Shown here in pieces: positions 60,302-64,000 of a stretch of 64,000 nucleotides of DNA. Both the position numbers and the translations under genes were made by a program. Positions within the stretch are counted from its first letter, which is position 1; every line of letters begins with the position of its first letter. The stretch lies in the NCBI GenBank assembly GCA_016185015.1, contig JACPOI010000004.1:29778-93777 (forward strand), written 5' to 3'. The stretch comes from Burkholderiales bacterium (GTDB lineage: Bacteria > Pseudomonadota > Gammaproteobacteria > Burkholderiales > Burkholderiaceae_C). Under the pieces are notes generated by a model. That model saw only the letters and a program-made list of their open reading frames with translations, made no database searches and had not been told where the DNA came from.

Positions 60302-60379
60302 ACTGGCGCGGGCTTGCGTGCGGCCTTGTCAGGCTGCGTGCGACCTGCTAAGGTCTCCGGCAGTTCCCTGGAGACTTTC

Positions 60380-60661
60380 ATGATCAGCAATTTCGAGCAG
60401 GTCCATAACTACTACGAACGCCTGGTGTTCGAGGAAGTCCTGCGCCGTTCGGCCCGCTGGCCGGAGATGACCCCCGACATGCTGGCCGACGTGGCCTGCG
60501 TGGCCCTGAACCGCTTGCCGGCGCGGTATGTGCGCCATGACGTGGACCTGATGTTCTACCTGACCGAACACGAGCGCCACGCCATCGAGCTCTCGCTCGA
60601 AGCCGCCCTGGACTTCGGCTACAACTTCGTCAAGGACCGCTCGGCCAAGGCCGGCGCATAA
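60380..60661 (+). CDS. ComFB-family (late competence development protein ComFB-like) small protein
   Basis: The ATG at 60380 gives MISNFEQVHNYYERLVFEEVLRRS...DVACVALNRLPARYVRHDVDLMFYLT. The family assignment is from memory of PF10719-like sequences. Confidence 0.65.
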   Translation: MISNFEQVHNYYERLVFEEVLRRSARWPEMTPDMLADVACVALNRLPARYVRHDVDLMFYLTEHERHAIELSLEAALDFGYNFVKDRSAKAGA

Positions 60662-60665
60662 AAAA

Positions 60666-60690
60666 GGGCGGCCTGTTGGCCGCCCTTGTT
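60666..60690. terminator. bidirectional rho-independent terminator between convergent genes
   Basis: AAAAAGGGCGGCC-TGTT-GGCCGCCCTTGTT. Confidence 0.7.
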
Positions 60691-60707
60691 CTGGCACCGG
60701 CCAGGTG

Positions 60708-61835
60708 TCAGGCCTTGCCCCAGACTTCCTGTGCGGTTTCCACCACCAGGCGCAACTTGGCGCGCTGGTCTTCCACGGCGATGTCATTGCCGTGCACCGT
60801 GCTGGAGAAACCGCACTGCGGCGACAGGCAGAGCTGATCCATCGAGACGTATTTGGCGGCCTCGTCGATGCGGCGCTTGAGTTCGTCCTTGGTCTCGAGC
60901 TTGCCGAACTTGGTGGTCACCAGGCCCAGCACCACGATCTTGCCCGGCGCCAGGAAACGCAGGGGGCGGAAGTCGCCGCTGCGGTCGTCGTCGTATTCCA
61001 GGAAGTAGGCGTCGAGGTTCATCTCCTTGAGCAGCGCCTCGGCCACCGGCTCGTAGTTGCCCGAAGCGGCGTGCGTGCTCTTGAAGTTGCCGCGGCACAG
61101 GTGCATGGCCAGCGTCATGCCGGCCGGCTTCTGGGCCACCACCTTGTTGATGAACATGGCATAACGGTGGGGCAGCTCGTTGGGGTCGTCACCACGCTGG
61201 CGGGCTGCTTCGCGCATCTTGTCGTCGCACAGGTAAGCCAGGTTGGTGTCGTCCATCTGCACATAGGTGCAGCCGGCCGCCGCGAGCGAACGCAGTTCGT
61301 CGCCATAGGCCTTGGCCACATCGTCATAGAAGGCCGGGTCCAGCTCGGGGTAGTGCTCCTTGCTGATGCCGGCACGGCCGCCACGGAAGTGCAGCATGGT
61401 GGGCGAGGGGATGGTCACCTTGGCCACGGCGCCGCGGCCCGGGGCGATCTGGCTCTTGAGGTACTGGAAGTCGGCGAGCTGGATGTCCTTGACGTGGCGC
61501 ACCTTGTCGATCACGCGCATCACCGGCGGGGCCAGTTCCTTGGTGCCGTCGGGCTTGATGATGGTCACGGGCACGTCGGTGCGCACGCCGCCGATCTGCT
61601 CCAGGAAGTCGATGTGGAAGTAGGTGCGGCGGAACTCGCCGTCGGTGATGCTTTGCAGGCCCACGTCTTCCTGGAACTTCACGATCTCGGTGATGGCCTT
61701 GTCTTCCACCTTGCGCAATTGCTCGGCAGTGATCTCACCCTTGGCTTTCTGCTCGCGCGCTTCCAGCAGGTACTTGGGGCGCAGGAAACTGCCGACGTGG
61801 TCGGCGCGGAACGGGGGGCTGGTGCGGATGGTCAT
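60708..61835 (-). CDS. cobalamin-independent methionine synthase family protein (short, MetE C-terminal-domain-only type)
   Basis: 375 aa: PFRADHVGSFLRPKYLLEAREQ...ITDGEFRRTYFHIDFL...LSPQCGFSS. Confidence 0.85.
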   Translation of the reverse strand: MTIRTSPPFRADHVGSFLRPKYLLEAREQKAKGEITAEQLRKVEDKAITEIVKFQEDVGLQSITDGEFRRTYFHIDFLEQIGGVRTDVPVTIIKPDGTKELAPPVMRVIDKVRHVKDIQLADFQYLKSQIAPGRGAVAKVTIPSPTMLHFRGGRAGISKEHYPELDPAFYDDVAKAYGDELRSLAAAGCTYVQMDDTNLAYLCDDKMREAARQRGDDPNELPHRYAMFINKVVAQKPAGMTLAMHLCRGNFKSTHAASGNYEPVAEALLKEMNLDAYFLEYDDDRSGDFRPLRFLAPGKIVVLGLVTTKFGKLETKDELKRRIDEAAKYVSMDQLCLSPQCGFSSTVHGNDIAVEDQRAKLRLVVETAQEVWGKA

Positions 61836-62050
61836 GCGTGGTCTCCTACGTCTGTGGGTGGTTTTTCATGCGGATCACCGTGGCGATCATTCAGGACACG
61901 GATTGTGAATTATTAACCAATTGATGCTCTTTGCTGCCCTGATATTTCGTTTCGATATATCAGTTAGACGGCATCGGGGCGGCTTCGTCAGCAGGTGCAA
62001 CGCAAACTAAACGCGTGTTTTGGCAAGCGTACGTCGGCGTGAAAGGAAAC

Positions 62051-63202
62051 ATGATGCAGACAATCAGCAAGTTAGCCAAGAGCGGCAGCGTTCTTTTATT
62101 GGGGATCGCGGCCTTGTTCGGCCTCTCGGTGCCTGTCCAGGCGCAGGACATCGTGGTCGGCCAGATCGGGCCTTTCTCGGGCCTGCCGGCGCCCGATGCA
62201 CCCCAGCTCAACCAGGGGGCCAAGGCCTACTTTGCCCAGCTCAACAAGGCTGGCGGCATCAACGGGCGCAAGGTGGCCTTCTTCGAACTGGATGACACCT
62301 ACAAGCCCGACGGTTTTGTCGCCGCGTTCGAGCAGGCCATGCAGCGCAGGCCGGTGGCGCTGATCTCGCCGGTCGGCTCGGCCTCGCTGCAGCGCATGTT
62401 CGCTGACAAGCTGCTCGACAAGCACGATGTCGTCATCATGAATGCCGTGCCTGGCGCGGAGCCCTTCCGCAGCCCCGGTCACCCGCGCCTGTTCCACGTG
62501 CGGGCGGGCGACAAGCAGCAGATCGAGAAGATCGTGAACCACGCGCGCACCCTGGGCATCCTCAAGCTGGCGGTCATGCACCAGGACATCCCGATGGGAA
62601 CGGGGGGCGTCAAGGTGGTGGCCGACGAGGCGGCCCGCCTCACGGGCATGGACGTCAAGGGGTATCAGTCGGTCTTCAAGCCTGAAGAGCAGGCCAAGGC
62701 GGCCGAAGAGGTCTTCAAGTCCAACCCCCAGGGTGTCATCGTGATCGGTGCGCCGCCCTTCACGGCAGGCAGCGTGGCCGCCTTGCGCAAGGCCGGGGTG
62801 ACGCAATCCATCTTCATCCTGGGCGACACGGCACCCGGCATGCTGGCCAAGGTGGCGGGCCCCGAACTGGCGCGTGGTGTCGGCATTGCCCAGATCTACC
62901 CGAACCCGAATGGGCGGACCCGGACCCTGGCACGCGAGTTCCAGACGGCCATGCAGGCAGCCCACCCCGACATCAAGAGTTACGCGGCTTTCCATATGGA
63001 GGGTTACCTCTCGGCGCGCATCCTCGGCGAGGGGTTGAAGCGCATCCGGGGCGAGATCACACCCGCGGCCCTGGCCAAGAGCCTGCAGTCCATGGGCGAA
63101 ATCGATTTCGACGGTTACCGCATCGATTTTTCCAAAGGCAATGCGGGCAGCCGTTTTGTCGACATCGCCGTGATGGACCAGGAAGGCCGGCTGCGTTACT
63201 AG
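62051..63202 (+). CDS. ABC transporter substrate-binding protein (LivK / branched-chain amino-acid type)
   Basis: The ATGATG at 62051 follows AAAGGAAAC. It has the signal peptide MMQTISKLAKSGSVLLLGIAALFGLSVPVQA, then QDIVVGQIGPFSGLPA...NKAGGINGRKV. Confidence 0.85.
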   Translation: MMQTISKLAKSGSVLLLGIAALFGLSVPVQAQDIVVGQIGPFSGLPAPDAPQLNQGAKAYFAQLNKAGGINGRKVAFFELDDTYKPDGFVAAFEQAMQRRPVALISPVGSASLQRMFADKLLDKHDVVIMNAVPGAEPFRSPGHPRLFHVRAGDKQQIEKIVNHARTLGILKLAVMHQDIPMGTGGVKVVADEAARLTGMDVKGYQSVFKPEEQAKAAEEVFKSNPQGVIVIGAPPFTAGSVAALRKAGVTQSIFILGDTAPGMLAKVAGPELARGVGIAQIYPNPNGRTRTLAREFQTAMQAAHPDIKSYAAFHMEGYLSARILGEGLKRIRGEITPAALAKSLQSMGEIDFDGYRIDFSKGNAGSRFVDIAVMDQEGRLRY

Positions 63203-63228
63203 CCGCCGCACACCGAGTCAAACTTCAA

Positions 63229-63265
63229 CCCAGCCCGACGCCGGTCGTGCTGGGTATTGTTTTTT
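63229..63265 (+). terminator. probable rho-independent terminator
   Basis: CCCAGC...GCTGGG forms a stem (6 bp plus 3 bp with one mismatch) and is followed by TATTGTTTTTT. Confidence 0.5.
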
Positions 63266-63295
63266 CTGTGGATGTCAGCGGTTAAGATATTTCAA

Positions 63296-63313
63296 ACTGC
63301 TATATCTATCAGT
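63296..63313. promoter_or_regulatory. AT-rich palindrome ACTG-N10-CAGT inside a longer imperfect palindrome, upstream of the second binding-protein gene
   Basis: ATTTCAAACTG-CTATATCTAT-CAGTCTGAAAT has 11-nt arms matching 10/11. It lies in a low-GC promoter island. Confidence 0.25.
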
Positions 63314-63436
63314 CTGAAATTTGACTTGCGCATGATCTGGTTTGAGGCGAAAGTAATGAACCTTCGCGATACTGGTTTCTTCTGCGTGCCAGCGGATCGG
63401 GTGCGTGAAGTCATAAAACCTATTTAGGAGCCTTAC

Positions 63437-64000
63437 ATGAAAAAGCGTGAGTTTCTGAGCGCATCCATCCTGGCGTTGGCGGCGGTTTCCTCTTCGGCGG
63501 TGCTCGCCCAGGACAACACCTTCAAGATCGGTCTGATCCTGCCCATGACCGGTCAGCAGGCTTCCACCGGCCGCCAGATCGAGGCGGCGGCCAAGCTTTA
63601 CATGGCCCAGCATGGCGACACGGTCGCCGGCAAGAAGATCCAGCTGATCGTCAAGGACGACACCAGCGTGCCCGACGTCACCAAGCGCCTGGCCCAGGAA
63701 CTGGTGGTGAACGACAAGGTCAACGTGCTGGCCGGCTTCGGCATCACGCCCTCGGCCTTCGCCACGGCGCCCATCGCCACCCAGTCCAAGACCCCGATGG
63801 TGGTGATGGCTGCCGGTACGTCCAGCATCACCCAGTCCTCGCCCTACATCGTGCGCACCAGCTTCACGCTGGCGCAGTCCTCGGTCGCCATGGCCGACTG
63901 GGCCGTCGCCAAGGGCGGCATCAAGAAGGTCGTCACCCTGGTCAGCGACTACGGCCCCGGCCACGATGCCGAGAAGTACTTCAAGGACCGTTACCTCTTC
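63437..64000 (+). CDS. ABC transporter substrate-binding protein (LivK type), 5-prime part; the gene runs off the right edge
   Basis: The ATG at 63437 is preceded by TAGGAG. It reads MKKREFLSASILALAAVSSSAVLAQDNTFKIGLILPMTGQQASTGRQIEAAAKLYM... and stays in frame to the window end. Confidence 0.85.
   Translation, partial: MKKREFLSASILALAAVSSSAVLAQDNTFKIGLILPMTGQQASTGRQIEAAAKLYMAQHGDTVAGKKIQLIVKDDTSVPDVTKRLAQELVVNDKVNVLAGFGITPSAFATAPIATQSKTPMVVMAAGTSSITQSSPYIVRTSFTLAQSSVAMADWAVAKGGIKKVVTLVSDYGPGHDAEKYFKDRYLF

Noticed and set aside
61836-62050. A possible cobalamin or SAM riboswitch in the 215-nt region upstream of the MetE-like gene.
   Set aside because: I could not find the B12-box core (GCCACTG-type) or a SAM-II-like pseudoknot signature on the minus strand. 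The region looks like an ordinary AT-rich divergent promoter. An Rfam scan would settle it.

Overview
This is a gene-dense, visibly GC-rich window (roughly two-thirds G+C by eye, with strong third-position GC bias). It reads like core chromosome of a Burkholderiales/Comamonadaceae-type betaproteobacterium; the taxon is inferred from protein N-termini, a Bug/TctC binding protein and gene order, not from a search. I can support about 60 protein genes.

Left to right they are: dapA (partial); a minus-strand run of MFS transporter, a 42-aa ORF, an SDR and a methyltransferase; parE, a DUF4124/SLT lytic transglycosylase and parC; a FAD monooxygenase; argD-argF-ykgJ; a DUF3579 gene; rpsT; murJ and a SirB1-like gene; an orphan ParA-like ATPase; an MFS transporter; purM; perM-hda-HAD-pcnB-folK; an MCP; RidA; a TgpA-like transglutaminase with mltB; HDOD, ComEC, DUF58 and MoxR on the minus strand; an HDAC-like deacetylase; a Tat-signal DsrE-like protein; MscS; etfBA, an acyl-CoA dehydrogenase and a nitronate monooxygenase; a PAS-GGDEF cyclase; an EptA-N-terminal-like membrane ORF; a beta-CASP MBL hydrolase; HxlR, FKBP and grpE-dnaK-dnaJ; a MarR-controlled hydroxycinnamate-type catabolic operon; an amidohydrolase; ComFB; a short MetE-like methyltransferase; and two LivK-type binding proteins.

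I see no rRNA, tRNA, CRISPR array, transposase, integrase, prophage, toxin-antitoxin or recognisable defence genes, and no large low-GC island.

The non-genic structure I can show directly is:
- a 266-bp MITE-like element with a TA target duplication, inserted exactly in a stop codon;
- a REP-like repeat present twice in opposite orientation;
- a 103-bp palindromic intergenic element;
- sigma-32-type promoters for grpE and dnaK;
- several rho-independent terminators and candidate operators.

I do not find a clear-cut new system. The best candidates for a second look are the orphan ParA-like ATPase with a fused ~135-aa Pro/Ala-rich tail, the broken MoxR-DUF58 / TgpA triad with ComEC-HDOD in the downstream position, and the beta-oxidative-type hydroxycinnamate operon. 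All functional calls rest on remembered family signatures read from the translations; no database search was possible.
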